Below, one piece after another: positions 1 through 10,329 of a DNA stretch of 64,000 nucleotides. The DNA is taken from positions 32,001-96,000 of the forward strand of contig QCUR01000002.1 of the NCBI GenBank assembly GCA_003208875.1. The letters run 5' to 3'. The DNA is from Prochlorococcus sp. AG-679-M23. Lineage in GTDB: Bacteria > Cyanobacteriota > Cyanobacteriia > PCC-6307 > Cyanobiaceae. A model generated the notes under the pieces. It made no database searches. It was not told where the DNA came from and saw nothing but the letters and a program-made list of their open reading frames with translations. Position 1 is the stretch's first letter. Every line of letters begins with the position of its first letter. The translations under genes and the position numbers were made by a program.

Positions 1-1
1 A

Positions 2-2278
2 ATTTTCAAATATTTCATAGTAACCTTCTTGTTTCAGAGTTTCCTCATCCATTTTTGTGGGTGGACAAATCCATAGTTTTGCCTTTAAATTTTTCACACC
101 TTCAAGAACTTTCGCGGCAGCCCTGTAGTGACCAATGTTTGTCATACAAGAACCTATAAAAACTTCATCAATCTTTGTATTTGCAACATCAACAATTTCC
201 TTCACATTGTCTGGATCGTTGGGGCAAGCAACTATAGGTTGTTTAACTTGAGATAAGTCAATTTCAATTATTTCTTCGTAACTGGCATTCAGATCTGGCT
301 GAATTAATTCAGGTTTTTTTAACCAATTTTTCATATCATTAATTCTTCTTGATATTGACTTTGAATCTTCATAATTGCTCTCAATCATTTTTTCTAAAAG
401 GCAAATATTGCTTCTTATGTATTCTTGAACAGTTTCCTGTGATAAAAGTATTGTGCTTCCAGCGCATGAGCGTTCAGCAGTAGCATCAGTTAGTTCGAAA
501 GCTTGTTCAAGTTTTAAGTTAGGCAACCCTTCAATTTCCATAATTTTTCCGTTAAATATATTTTTTTTATTTGCTTTCTCAACAGTCAAAAGTCCCTTTT
601 TAATCGCAAAGAGTGGGATTGCATTAACTAAATCTCGTAAGGTTATGCCTGGTAATAAATCGCCCTTAAATTTTACGAGTACTGATTCTGGCATATTTAA
701 TGGCATTGATCCTATTGCAGCAGCAAAGGCAACAATGCCCGAGCCTCCAGGAAATGAAATTCCAAGAGGGAATCTTGTATGACTATCTCCACCTGTACCA
801 ACAGTATCAGGAAGGAGCATTCTGTTAAGCCAGCTGTGAATTATTCCATCCCCGGGTTTTAGAGCTACTCCACCTCTTTGAGATATAAAGTCAGGTAATT
901 CTTTATGTGTAAGCAAATCTACTGGTTTAGGATATGCAGCTGTGTGACAAAAACTTTGCATAACTAAATCTGCAGTGAATCCTAAACAAGCTAATTCTTT
1001 AAGTTCATCCCTCGTCATAGGCCCAGTAGTATCTTGACTCCCAACTGTCGTCATAATTGGTTCACAGGTCATTCCAGGTCGAACCCCCTTTAAACCGCAT
1101 GCTTTACCTACTATTTTTTGTGCTTGAGTAAAACCAGAATTAAATTCTTTTGGATTTTTTGGCCTGATAAATATTTCACTAGGTTGATAATCTAATTTGT
1201 TTCTAATCTTGTCTGTGAGTGACCGTCCAATCATGAGATTTATTCTCCCTCCAGCTTGAATTTCATCAGTAATAGTTGATGGACACAAGTCGAATTGACT
1301 TATTACTATTTCAGAATTGGTATTTTTTTCAATTTTTTTAATAACGCCTTCATAAGGAAATATCTTTAGTAAATCTCCTGTGTTCATTTGAGATACATCA
1401 GTCTCTATCGGAAGTGCTCCTGAATCTTGTGCGGTATTAAAGAAAATAGGAGCTATTTTGCTGCCAATTATTATTCCTCCGGTTCTTTTATTTGGTACAA
1501 AAGGTATATCTTCGCCAATATGCCAAATCAGTGAATTTATAGCTGATTTTCTTGAACTACCTGTGCCTACTACATCTCCAACATAAGCAATTGGGATCTC
1601 TTGTTTTTTAAGATTATCAAGAATTTCTAATCCATCTTGCTTTTTAAATTCGAGCATAGCCAAAGCGTGCAATGGTATATCAGGACGAGTTGTCGCATGA
1701 ACTGCAGGAGATAAGTCATCTGTATTTGTCTCACCATCAATTTTGAATACTAGACAAGTAATTTCTTTCTGTAGAACTTTTTTACTTTTGAACCATTCTG
1801 CATTTGCCCAACTATTTACTACTTCTTGTGCATAAATATTATTTTGAGATAATTCATAAATATCATTCGCCGAATCGTAAACAAGAATGATATTTTTTAA
1901 AACCTCTGCTGCTTTTTTAGCTAGTAAACTATTTTCCCCTTTAAGTATTTCAACCAGAGAATTAACATTATATCCACCTATCATTGTGCCTAGTATCTCA
2001 ATTGCTCTCTCAGGGTTAATGTATCTGCAATGTTTTTCGCCTTGAGCAATTGCCGTAAGCCAGCTTGCTTTTACATATGCTGCCTCGTCTACCCCTGGCG
2101 GTACTCTATTTATGAGCAAATCTAGTAAATATTTACTATCGTAGTTAGTGTTTTGCTCCAAGAGGTTAGTAATACAGTTAGTCTGTTCTGCATTTAGTGG
2201 TAATGGAGGTATGCCTTTAGTAGCTCTCTCAGCTACATGATTTGCATAATCTTTGAGCAATGTTTCCAATTTCTTCAT
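2..2278 (-). CDS. acnB: Aconitate hydratase B, partial (3' end runs off the window)
   Basis: Not in the ORF track. Manual minus-strand translation from ATG at 2278 gives MKKLETLLKDYANHVAERATKGIPPLPLNAEQT, then VPPGVDEAAYVKA, GETNTDDLSPA, SQDTTGPMTRDELKELACL, GDSHTRFP and FIGSCMTNIGHYRAA, all AcnB motifs. Confidence 0.95.
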   Translation of the reverse strand, partial: MKKLETLLKDYANHVAERATKGIPPLPLNAEQTNCITNLLEQNTNYDSKYLLDLLINRVPPGVDEAAYVKASWLTAIAQGEKHCRYINPERAIEILGTMIGGYNVNSLVEILKGENSLLAKKAAEVLKNIILVYDSANDIYELSQNNIYAQEVVNSWANAEWFKSKKVLQKEITCLVFKIDGETNTDDLSPAVHATTRPDIPLHALAMLEFKKQDGLEILDNLKKQEIPIAYVGDVVGTGSSRKSAINSLIWHIGEDIPFVPNKRTGGIIIGSKIAPIFFNTAQDSGALPIETDVSQMNTGDLLKIFPYEGVIKKIEKNTNSEIVISQFDLCPSTITDEIQAGGRINLMIGRSLTDKIRNKLDYQPSEIFIRPKNPKEFNSGFTQAQKIVGKACGLKGVRPGMTCEPIMTTVGSQDTTGPMTRDELKELACLGFTADLVMQSFCHTAAYPKPVDLLTHKELPDFISQRGGVALKPGDGIIHSWLNRMLLPDTVGTGGDSHTRFPLGISFPGGSGIVAFAAAIGSMPLNMPESVLVKFKGDLLPGITLRDLVNAIPLFAIKKGLLTVEKANKKNIFNGKIMEIEGLPNLKLEQAFELTDATAERSCAGSTILLSQETVQEYIRSNICLLEKMIESNYEDSKSISRRINDMKNWLKKPELIQPDLNASYEEIIEIDLSQVKQPIVACPNDPDNVKEIVDVANTKIDEVFIGSCMTNIGHYRAAAKVLEGVKNLKAKLWICPPTKMDEETLKQEGYYEIFEN

Positions 2279-2375
2279 TTGTAAGGTTTAATGCCTGATC
2301 TATTGTTATTTTTAATATTGATAAGGAGAGTATTCATAAATGCTTTTTTAAATATTCAAACTTCTTAATTAATCA

Positions 2376-3443
2376 ATGTCGACTTCATCCAATAATCAAT
2401 CTTTAGAAAAAACATCTGATTTGCATGTTGTTGAAACACGTCCATTAATACCTCCAAGCAAACTTCATAATGATATACCTTTAGATTATACCTCTGCAGA
2501 AACGGTCTCTAATACTAGAAGATCAATACAAAATATTTTGCACAATAATGATCCTAGGATTCTAGTCATAGTGGGACCATGTTCAATCCATGATATTGAG
2601 GCTGCTAAAGATTATTCAGAATATATTCAGGAATTTAGAAAAATTTATAAAGATAAATTAGAAATTGTAATGCGAGTATATTTTGAAAAACCCAGAACTA
2701 CAATTGGTTGGAAAGGATTAATAAATGACCCTCATTTAGATGGTTCATATGACATTAATACAGGTTTACGAAGAGCGAGAAATTTACTATCTTATTTGGC
2801 AACGCGTGGGATACCCTCTGCTACTGAGTTATTAGATCCAATTGTTCCTCAATATATTGCTGATTTAATCAGTTGGACAGCAATTGGTGCAAGGACTACC
2901 GAAAGTCAAACTCATAGAGAAATGGCTTCAGGATTATCCATGCCTATTGGTTTTAAAAATGGTACTGATGGTTCTTTTAGTACTGCTATTAATGCGATGC
3001 AGTCGGCTTCAAAATCTCATCATTTCTTAGGTGTTAATGATCAAGGTTATGCTTCTATTGTAAATACAACCGGAAATCCAGATGGACATATAGTTTTAAG
3101 GGGAGGTTCTAAAGGAGTTAATTTTGAAAATCAACATGTAAAAAGTATTTCTTCCGAATTAAAAGAAGGTAATCTTCCTTACAAAGTTATGATTGATTGT
3201 AGCCATGGAAATTCTAATAAAGATTACAGAAAGCAATCTGATGTCCTTAAAAACGTAGCAAATCAGATTAAGAATGGTGAAAAAAATATTTTAGGAGTAA
3301 TGCTTGAAAGTCATCTGAAGGAGGGTAATCAAAAACTTTCAAATAGGAAAGATCTTGAATATGGTACGAGTATTACTGATGCTTGCATAAATATAGATAC
3401 AACGAAAAATTTGCTTCGGATTCTATATGATTCAATTTTGTAA
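2376..3443 (+). CDS. aroG: DAHP synthase, class I-alpha (AroF/G/H type)
   Basis: GPCSIHD, RVYFEKPRTTIGWKG, IGARTTESQTHRE, DCSHGNS, SITDAC motifs. Confidence 0.93.
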   Translation: MSTSSNNQSLEKTSDLHVVETRPLIPPSKLHNDIPLDYTSAETVSNTRRSIQNILHNNDPRILVIVGPCSIHDIEAAKDYSEYIQEFRKIYKDKLEIVMRVYFEKPRTTIGWKGLINDPHLDGSYDINTGLRRARNLLSYLATRGIPSATELLDPIVPQYIADLISWTAIGARTTESQTHREMASGLSMPIGFKNGTDGSFSTAINAMQSASKSHHFLGVNDQGYASIVNTTGNPDGHIVLRGGSKGVNFENQHVKSISSELKEGNLPYKVMIDCSHGNSNKDYRKQSDVLKNVANQIKNGEKNILGVMLESHLKEGNQKLSNRKDLEYGTSITDACINIDTTKNLLRILYDSIL

Positions 3444-3444
3444 T

Positions 3445-4089
3445 TTATAAACCTGTAATAAAAAAGTTAAAGCAAAATGCTGCTGAAATTGGCACTATAA
3501 AATTATCTATTCCAAAAATACTAAATTGTTCAAGTATTGTAGAAATAGAAGCAACAGTAAAAAAATTTATATTAAAAGTGTATCTTTGGATATAACTTAA
3601 ACCAAAAACTACTATCAAGCTTGTAATAAACATAGTGGTTGTTCCAAACAAAGATTTTTTTTGGTTTAAAAAAATCCAACTTTTGGATTTAAAGTTCTTT
3701 CCTATTAAAGCTGCAAAGCCATCACCAAATGTCATTATAAAAAAACCAGCAATCAGTGAAGTAGGATCTTTTTCCCAATAAAGGTAAATTAAAATAAATA
3801 AACTTAAACAATAAAATAAGGTTCCATAACTTTTTCTATCTATATCCTCAATAGTTGGAAATAATTTAGATTGGTAATTTATGAAAGTTAACAACGTAAC
3901 AAGCCCTGTAAAACAAAGAGCAGAAGTTTGATTTATATCTAAGAATTTTGCGAGAGGAATTAAAGGTCCTATTCCAATATGAATAATTTTTCTCAGTACT
4001 TCTTTATTATTTGGATTAAATCTTTTATATATTATCGATATAAAAAAGATAATAAATATATAAATTAAAATAAAAACAAAATTAAACAA
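3445..4089 (-). CDS. CTP-dependent polyprenol/phytol kinase family membrane protein
   Basis: Multi-TM protein with LRKIIHIG, FGDGFAALIG, KKSLFG and GIDN motifs of the dolichol/phytol kinase family. Confidence 0.8.
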   Translation of the reverse strand: MFNFVFILIYIFIIFFISIIYKRFNPNNKEVLRKIIHIGIGPLIPLAKFLDINQTSALCFTGLVTLLTFINYQSKLFPTIEDIDRKSYGTLFYCLSLFILIYLYWEKDPTSLIAGFFIMTFGDGFAALIGKNFKSKSWIFLNQKKSLFGTTTMFITSLIVVFGLSYIQRYTFNINFFTVASISTILEQFSIFGIDNFIVPISAAFCFNFFITGL

Positions 4090-4094
4090 CTTAA

Positions 4095-5114
4095 CTAGGC
4101 TGCTTTTTGATGAGTGGTCATTACTCTAAGTTTTAATATTGCCTTAGCTTCTAGTTGCCTAACTCTTTCTCTGGATACATTTATTTGTCTTCCTATTTCT
4201 GCCAGTGTAAGAGGTTCCTCTCCGTCTAAGCCGAATCTAAGTTTCATAATTTTTTGTTCTCTTTCGTTTAATTGAGTTAGCCAAGTTCCTAAATGTTCTT
4301 TTTGAATTGTTCTATCCATCCCTTCCATAGGCTCTTCTCCATTTGGATCGGGAATAAGTTCACCTAAGGTACTACGATCTTCTTCGCCTCTTGCGTGAGC
4401 ATCAAGAGATGCGCATGGAGCACTTTGAGAGATTAAGTCTTCTAAATCTTTTTGCTCAATTCCCATCGCTGTTGCCATTTCTAATCTGGTTGGTTGCCTT
4501 CCAGATTTTTGAGATAATTCTCTGGAAACTCTTCTCATTTTGGAAAGTTTTTCACTAATGTGAATTGGCAATCGAATTGTCCTAGCGCTATTATCGATAG
4601 CTCTTGTCATTCCTTGTCTAATCCACCAATAAGCATAAGTAGAAAATTTATATCCCATCGCAGGATCAAATTTATCAACTGCTCTTTCTAAGCCTATAGC
4701 GCCTTCTTGTACCAAGTCTAATAATTCTAAACCTTGATTTTGATACTTCTTGGCAACAGATACTACTAGTCTTAAATTGGCTGACATCATTCTATCTCTA
4801 GCTCTTTTCCCAATTTTAATTAGGCGAAGATGTTTTGATGATCTTTCTATCTCAGGAATTTCTAGCATCTTTTTCATGTTTTGAACATGATGAGCTAGCT
4901 CTATTTCTTCTGCTGCAGTAAGAAGAGGAACTCTTCCAATACTACTTAAGTAATAACCTATTGAATCTGAAGCGAGTCTTGCAGATTTTTTTTGGTTTTG
5001 TTTAGCAGTTAAGCTTGGTTTTGTTTTGCGAGTCTTGCCCGCAGTGTTTGGTAATCTAGGTTCTTCAGTTTTCTTTTTTGAAGAACTATTTCCAGATTCC
5101 AGAAGGATCCCCAT
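4095..5114 (-). CDS. Group 2 sigma-70 factor (RpoD-like)
   Basis: ANLRLVVSVAKKY, DLVQEG, KFSTYAYWWIRQG (the YWW variant typical of cyanobacterial group 2) and region 4 VSRERVRQLE. Start set at ATG 5114 (MGILLES) rather than the longest-ORF start 5201. Confidence 0.9.
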   Translation of the reverse strand: MGILLESGNSSSKKKTEEPRLPNTAGKTRKTKPSLTAKQNQKKSARLASDSIGYYLSSIGRVPLLTAAEEIELAHHVQNMKKMLEIPEIERSSKHLRLIKIGKRARDRMMSANLRLVVSVAKKYQNQGLELLDLVQEGAIGLERAVDKFDPAMGYKFSTYAYWWIRQGMTRAIDNSARTIRLPIHISEKLSKMRRVSRELSQKSGRQPTRLEMATAMGIEQKDLEDLISQSAPCASLDAHARGEEDRSTLGELIPDPNGEEPMEGMDRTIQKEHLGTWLTQLNEREQKIMKLRFGLDGEEPLTLAEIGRQINVSRERVRQLEAKAILKLRVMTTHQKAA

Positions 5115-5312
5115 CACCCTGGCCTCTTTAAGTGGATTTTTTAAAAAGCTAGCACTGAAATCAAGAAAAAAAATACTTTTGCGTTGAAACTTTAAAGACA
5201 AGAAAATTGATTTCTATTAATATTACTTCAAAATAACTGATATGACTTGATTTCTTATAAATGTAAAATTTTTATCAATATTAAGAAGTTTTTTAAAATG
5301 TTATAAAAAAAT

Positions 5313-7400
5313 TTATTTTTTTAATCTTTTTATTAGATCAATTTGAGAACGATTTGAGTTTGAATCCCTCTCTTTTTTTTCGTATATTCCATCTTTATTC
5401 ATGATCCAGGAGTAATAATTATCATTAATATAAGTTTGTAAAAGGTCATATAGTTGAGATTTTAATTTTAGGTCTTCTATAGGTGTAACAGCTTCTATTC
5501 TTCTGTCTAAATTTCTTCTCATCCAGTCTGCGCTGCCTATAAAAACTTCAGGATTATTGTTATTGTAAAACCAAAAAATTCTAGAATGTTCAAGAAAATG
5601 CCCAATAATACTTGTAACCTTAATATTGTCACTCAAATTCTCTCTTTGAGGATATAAACAACATATTCCTCTTATTATCAGGTGAATTTTTACTCCTTTT
5701 TGGGAAGCTAAATAAAGTAATTGAATAATTTCTGGATCTACTAATGAATTCATTTTTGCAATAATTTCACCTTTCTTGCCCTCTTCGATATTTTCAATTT
5801 CTCTATTTATTAAAAAGATGAATTTTTTTCTTAATGATGTTGGAGATACTAATAATTTCTGATAAGCCTTTTGTTTTGAGAAGCCTGATAAGTAATTAAA
5901 GAGTTCAATTAAATCTGAGGAGATATCAGGATCTGTTGAAAGAAATCCTATGTCTGTGTAATAGCGAGAAGTGTTCGAATTGTAATTTCCCGTTCCAATA
6001 TGAAAATAATTCCTTAGTCTTCCTTTCTCTTTTCTAACCACTAAAGCAATCTTTGTATGTGTTTTAAAGCCTAGTATTCCATAAACAACATGAATTCCAG
6101 CTTGCTCAAGCTGTTTTGCCCATTGGATGTTGTTATCTTCATCAAATCTTGCTTTGAGCTCAACAAGAGTCATCACCTCTTTCCCATTCTCAGCTGCTCT
6201 CATTAAGGCTTCAATAATTGGAGAATCTTTTGAAACTCTATAAAGAGTAATTTTTATAGCTAGTACAAGTGGGTCGTCAGCAGCTTTGTTGATAAATTCT
6301 TCTACAGAGGTTTTGAATGAGTCGTATGGATGATGTAGAAGTATACTCTGTTTTCTAAGAATGCTAAAAATAGAGTTAAAATTTTTGTCTTTAGAAGAAT
6401 CTAACGATTTTAATAATGGATGTGTATCTCCAATTAATAAATTTTCTTTTAAGTCTTCTCGATTAATTTTTATAAGGTAATTTAAATCGTCAAGTCCTAA
6501 TAAGCTTTTGCAAAAGTAGATATATTCTTCTTGTATTGCAATACTTTCAATAAGTAACTTTAAAATATTTTGTGGAATATTTTCATTTACTTCTAATCTA
6601 ACTACATCTCCCCCTAATCTTCTTTTTTGCAAGCTTTGCTCTACCGCAAGAAGTAAGTCGTCAGCTTCAAGTTCTTTTAACTCTAAATCTGCATCTCTTG
6701 TTACTCGGAAAAAAGAATAATTTAAGCATTCCATTCCATTAAATAAGGCATTTATGTTGTTTCCAATTAAGTCTTCAACAGTTATAAAAAAATGCTCTCT
6801 TTCATCTTCAGTTTCAATAATTTCATTGGGAATTAGTATAAATCTGCCAATATTTTTTGTCGGTATTTTAATTCTTACAAATTGATTTTTTGATTCTTCT
6901 CCATCATTAATGAGAGCAGCCAAATTAAGACTTAAATTACTTATAAAAGGGAATGGGTGCGCAGGATCAACTACTAATGGTGTTAATAAAGGAAAAACTG
7001 AAGATAGGAAATAGCTATTACACCAATTTTTCTGATTTTGATTGAGTTCACAATACTTTTTTATGAAAATGCCTTCATTTTTAAGCTCATCATTTAATTC
7101 ATTATTAAAATATTTTTCTTGAAGGATTGTGAGTTTTTTTACTTCCTTGTTAATTGTTTTTAATTGTTCTTTAGGAGTATATCCATCAATACTTTTTTTT
7201 CTAATTCCGGCTTCAACTTGAGCTTTTAATGATGCAACTCTAACCATAAAAAATTCATCAAGATTATTACTGAAAATTGAAAAAAATTTAATTTTATCTA
7301 GTACTTTATAATCTTTCTCCATCCCTGTAAGAAGAACTCTTTTATTAAAGTCGATCCAACTTAATTCTCTATTAATAAAATTGTTAGCTTCGTATTTCAT
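5313..7400 (-). CDS. ppk1: Polyphosphate kinase 1
   Basis: NRELSWIDFN, NLDEFFMVRVA, HHPYDSF, ELKARFDE, GSADWMRRNL. Confidence 0.96.
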   Translation of the reverse strand: MKYEANNFINRELSWIDFNKRVLLTGMEKDYKVLDKIKFFSIFSNNLDEFFMVRVASLKAQVEAGIRKKSIDGYTPKEQLKTINKEVKKLTILQEKYFNNELNDELKNEGIFIKKYCELNQNQKNWCNSYFLSSVFPLLTPLVVDPAHPFPFISNLSLNLAALINDGEESKNQFVRIKIPTKNIGRFILIPNEIIETEDEREHFFITVEDLIGNNINALFNGMECLNYSFFRVTRDADLELKELEADDLLLAVEQSLQKRRLGGDVVRLEVNENIPQNILKLLIESIAIQEEYIYFCKSLLGLDDLNYLIKINREDLKENLLIGDTHPLLKSLDSSKDKNFNSIFSILRKQSILLHHPYDSFKTSVEEFINKAADDPLVLAIKITLYRVSKDSPIIEALMRAAENGKEVMTLVELKARFDEDNNIQWAKQLEQAGIHVVYGILGFKTHTKIALVVRKEKGRLRNYFHIGTGNYNSNTSRYYTDIGFLSTDPDISSDLIELFNYLSGFSKQKAYQKLLVSPTSLRKKFIFLINREIENIEEGKKGEIIAKMNSLVDPEIIQLLYLASQKGVKIHLIIRGICCLYPQRENLSDNIKVTSIIGHFLEHSRIFWFYNNNNPEVFIGSADWMRRNLDRRIEAVTPIEDLKLKSQLYDLLQTYINDNYYSWIMNKDGIYEKKERDSNSNRSQIDLIKRLKK

Positions 7401-7417
7401 TAAAGGAATTATATTTG

Positions 7418-8668
7418 TTAATTATAAGAAATATTCTTATTTTTTCCTTCAGCAATAAGATAAATCATAAAAAGTAAAATAATTGATCCTGCAATAAATG
7501 GTGCTTTTGGACCAAAATCATCATAAACTCTTCCAGCCATTCCGATACCTAAAACCCCGCCAAGACTTTGAAGACCTTGCAAATTACTTAATATAGAGCC
7601 CTGGTTATCCCCATCTAATTTTTTTGATATTAATGCTCTTAATGTAGGTGTAATTAAACCCGCACCCACGGCTAAAAATGAAACTGCAGAATAAATATTT
7701 ACTATCGCATTTTCTTGAGGGGTAGTTATCAAAAGAAAACATGCTAGGAGAATAAAACCTGAACCAATTAAAGTAAGTTTCATTTCTCCAAATTTTTTTA
7801 CTAGAGGACCAATTAGCCCACCTTGTACAATAATTGCTATCACTCCCACAACTACAAGAGTTCCACTGGATGCCTTAGTTGTCCAATTCAGGGACTCTTG
7901 AAGGAAGAAAATTAAAATATTTGTTAGTCCAGTAAAAGCTATGAAATATATAAAAAAAGCTAGAGATAATTTTCTAATTTTTTCTTCTTTAAATACTTTA
8001 AATAATTGTTTTAGAGGATTTTTTAAAATTTGAGTTGATTTATTTAATTCACTTTGAGGCTTGGTTTCTGGTAAATAAAAGAATACTAGTATGAAGTTAA
8101 TAATTGGAATTATTGAAGCTATTATTACTGGAATAATGAAATTATTATTTGTATTTTTGGCAAAAATAACAACAAATATATTACCCAAAAAGAAACTTAA
8201 TCCAAATGCGACTCCAATAAGTCCAAATGTTTTGGCTCTTTTTTCAGGACTAGAAATATCTGCAAGAATAGTAGTCGCTGTTGCAGCAGTTCCACCACTT
8301 AGACCGTCAATAAGTCTTGCTATAAATAATAAAAATAAGGGGATAGTCGCTAGTGAAGTTGACCAATCAAATAAAACTGTAAATGATAATATTGATATTC
8401 CGATGATTGAGCCCGTTATACAAAACAAGGTTACAGGTCTTCTTCCATATCTATCACTCATAAGCCCAATAAAAGGCGAAGCCGTAAATTGTGCTAATTG
8501 ATAAGTACAAGAGAGTAAACCATAAGTACTAGCTTTTGAGTCAAATAGTAAAACAAAAGAAGGTAAAATTGGTAAAAGAATACTTTCGCTTAATCTATCA
8601 TTTAGGAGAGTTACAAAAGCACTGAATAAAGTAAATTTTTTACTTGGCTTGAATAAACTTTTTTTCAC
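7418..8668 (-). CDS. MFS transporter, TetA/DHA1-like
   Basis: About 12 hydrophobic segments; motif A GLMSDRYGRRPV; RLIDGLSGG; GTG start. Confidence 0.85.
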   Translation of the reverse strand: MKKSLFKPSKKFTLFSAFVTLLNDRLSESILLPILPSFVLLFDSKASTYGLLSCTYQLAQFTASPFIGLMSDRYGRRPVTLFCITGSIIGISILSFTVLFDWSTSLATIPLFLLFIARLIDGLSGGTAATATTILADISSPEKRAKTFGLIGVAFGLSFFLGNIFVVIFAKNTNNNFIIPVIIASIIPIINFILVFFYLPETKPQSELNKSTQILKNPLKQLFKVFKEEKIRKLSLAFFIYFIAFTGLTNILIFFLQESLNWTTKASSGTLVVVGVIAIIVQGGLIGPLVKKFGEMKLTLIGSGFILLACFLLITTPQENAIVNIYSAVSFLAVGAGLITPTLRALISKKLDGDNQGSILSNLQGLQSLGGVLGIGMAGRVYDDFGPKAPFIAGSIILLFMIYLIAEGKNKNISYN

Positions 8669-8713
8669 GATATTTATCTACAATACAATTTTCTTTTACT
8701 ACCATACTTGTTA

Positions 8714-9499
8714 ATGGAGATTAATGTGCCCGGAATAGTTTATTTAGTTGGAGCAGGTCCTGGTGACCCTGAGCTGCTAACTTTAAAAGCCTTACGACTT
8801 ATCAAAAGCTGTGATGCTTTGGTCCATGATGCCTTAGTTTCTCCCCAAATCATAAATGAGACTAATAAGAAAACTGAAATATTTAATGTAGGTAAAAGGG
8901 CTGGGTTGTGTTCTGTTCCTCAGGCTGATACTAATTTACTTATTGTGAAATTAGCAAAAGAAGGAAAGAATGTTGTAAGGCTTAAAGGAGGTGATCCTTT
9001 TGTTTTCTCACGAGGCGGTGAAGAAGTATCTTTTTTAGAAAAAAATGGGATTTCAGTTGAAATTGTCCCTGGGATAACTTCTGGAATAGCTGCTCCTTCA
9101 AATTTTGGGATCCCATTAACTCATCGAGAAGCAGGAAGCTCCATAACTTTTGTGACTGGACATGAAGATATTAATAAAGATAAAAAGACTGTTAATTGGA
9201 GATTGTTAGCTAAATCATCTGATGGTTTAGTAATTTATATGGGCATGAGAAATATAGAATTTATTGTTAAAGAATTACTTATAGGCGGTTTGGATGAGAA
9301 TACTAAATGTGCTGTTATTCAAGAAGCAACTTTAAATAATCAAAAATGTTTAATTTCAGAATTAAAAAATTTAGCAAAGACAATAAGTAATAGAGGTTTC
9401 TCTTCACCATCGATTATCGTTATTGGAAGTATTGTTGGTTTTAAAGTTAATAACTATATAAATAATTTATCTGATGCTTTTTTATCAGAAAAAAAATAA
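8714..9499 (+). CDS. cobA: Uroporphyrinogen-III C-methyltransferase
   Basis: VYLVGAGPGDPELLT, VRLKGGDPFVFSRGGEE, VPGITS. Start uncertain (TTG 8708, ATG 8714 or GTG 8726). Confidence 0.93.
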   Translation: MEINVPGIVYLVGAGPGDPELLTLKALRLIKSCDALVHDALVSPQIINETNKKTEIFNVGKRAGLCSVPQADTNLLIVKLAKEGKNVVRLKGGDPFVFSRGGEEVSFLEKNGISVEIVPGITSGIAAPSNFGIPLTHREAGSSITFVTGHEDINKDKKTVNWRLLAKSSDGLVIYMGMRNIEFIVKELLIGGLDENTKCAVIQEATLNNQKCLISELKNLAKTISNRGFSSPSIIVIGSIVGFKVNNYINNLSDAFLSEKK

Positions 9500-9501
9500 T
9501 C

Positions 9502-10329
9502 TTACTTATACAACAATTCCCAGAAATACTTTGGATCAAAAGTTGTTGTAAATTCTATATCATTAACTCTATTAATTTGCCTACAAGATAAACTATTAAT
9601 TGCAATTAAAATATCATCATTGTAAAATTTAGGTAAGATCAATTCTTCCTTAATTATCTTTAATTTTATAGCTTTTTTAACCATAATTCCCTGAAGACAT
9701 CCACTTTCTTTTCTTGGTGTCATCCATTCATTATTTCTTTTCAGTAAGATATTAAAAGTACTACCACAACATAGTTCATCAGCAGTATTTAATATTAAAC
9801 AATCGTCAAATAATTTTTTATTAGCTTCTATTAGTACTTGTATTGATTGATTATATGAGAAAGTTTTACATTGATTGATTAAACTATATTGATTTCTTTT
9901 TTCTGTTTGACTAATAAATGTACTTATTGAAGAAAAACTAGGTTTTATAATATAAAATTCAATCCATAAATTATTCTTATGATCTTCCAGTTGATTGTTA
10001 TTAATCCTAATTGATCTGCCTTTATTCAAGCCTCTGCTGTAGTTAATTCTAATTGATCCTAACTGCTCGTTTTTAAGAGATAATTTTTTAATACCTAGAC
10101 TAATAATGTTTTTTAAATGTGATTTATTAATATTCAAATTCATATTTAAAACTCTATTGCTATTTTCTAGTCTTTGAATATGTTCGTCTATCAAAACAGC
10201 ATTATTCTTTTTTATTAAAACAGTTTCGAATATTCCATCTCCAAACTTTAGACCTCTATCATTTGCTGATATATAAATATTTTCAATATCTAGCCATTTA
10301 TCTTTATGCCAACCTATACTCTGTTTCAT
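9502..10329 (-). CDS. pabC: Class IV aminotransferase-like protein, probable 4-amino-4-deoxychorismate lyase
   Basis: DRGLKFGDGIFET, H-x-x-RL, CKT and CLQG motifs; directly downstream of a PabB-like gene. ATG at 10329 forms an ATGA overlap with the pabB stop. Confidence 0.75.
   Translation of the reverse strand: MKQSIGWHKDKWLDIENIYISANDRGLKFGDGIFETVLIKKNNAVLIDEHIQRLENSNRVLNMNLNINKSHLKNIISLGIKKLSLKNEQLGSIRINYSRGLNKGRSIRINNNQLEDHKNNLWIEFYIIKPSFSSISTFISQTEKRNQYSLINQCKTFSYNQSIQVLIEANKKLFDDCLILNTADELCCGSTFNILLKRNNEWMTPRKESGCLQGIMVKKAIKLKIIKEELILPKFYNDDILIAINSLSCRQINRVNDIEFTTTFDPKYFWELLYK

Noticed and set aside
453..782. 109-aa + strand ORF
   Set aside because: Antisense shadow of acnB. The same applies to the other short ORFs nested in real genes (e.g. 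8091, 13421, 15855, 22228, 31711, 34446, 40623, 48167, 55170, 59802).
5115..5201. N-terminal extension of the sigma factor in the ORF track
   Set aside because: Longest-ORF artefact from a TTG start; the extension looks like AT-rich 5' UTR/promoter sequence.
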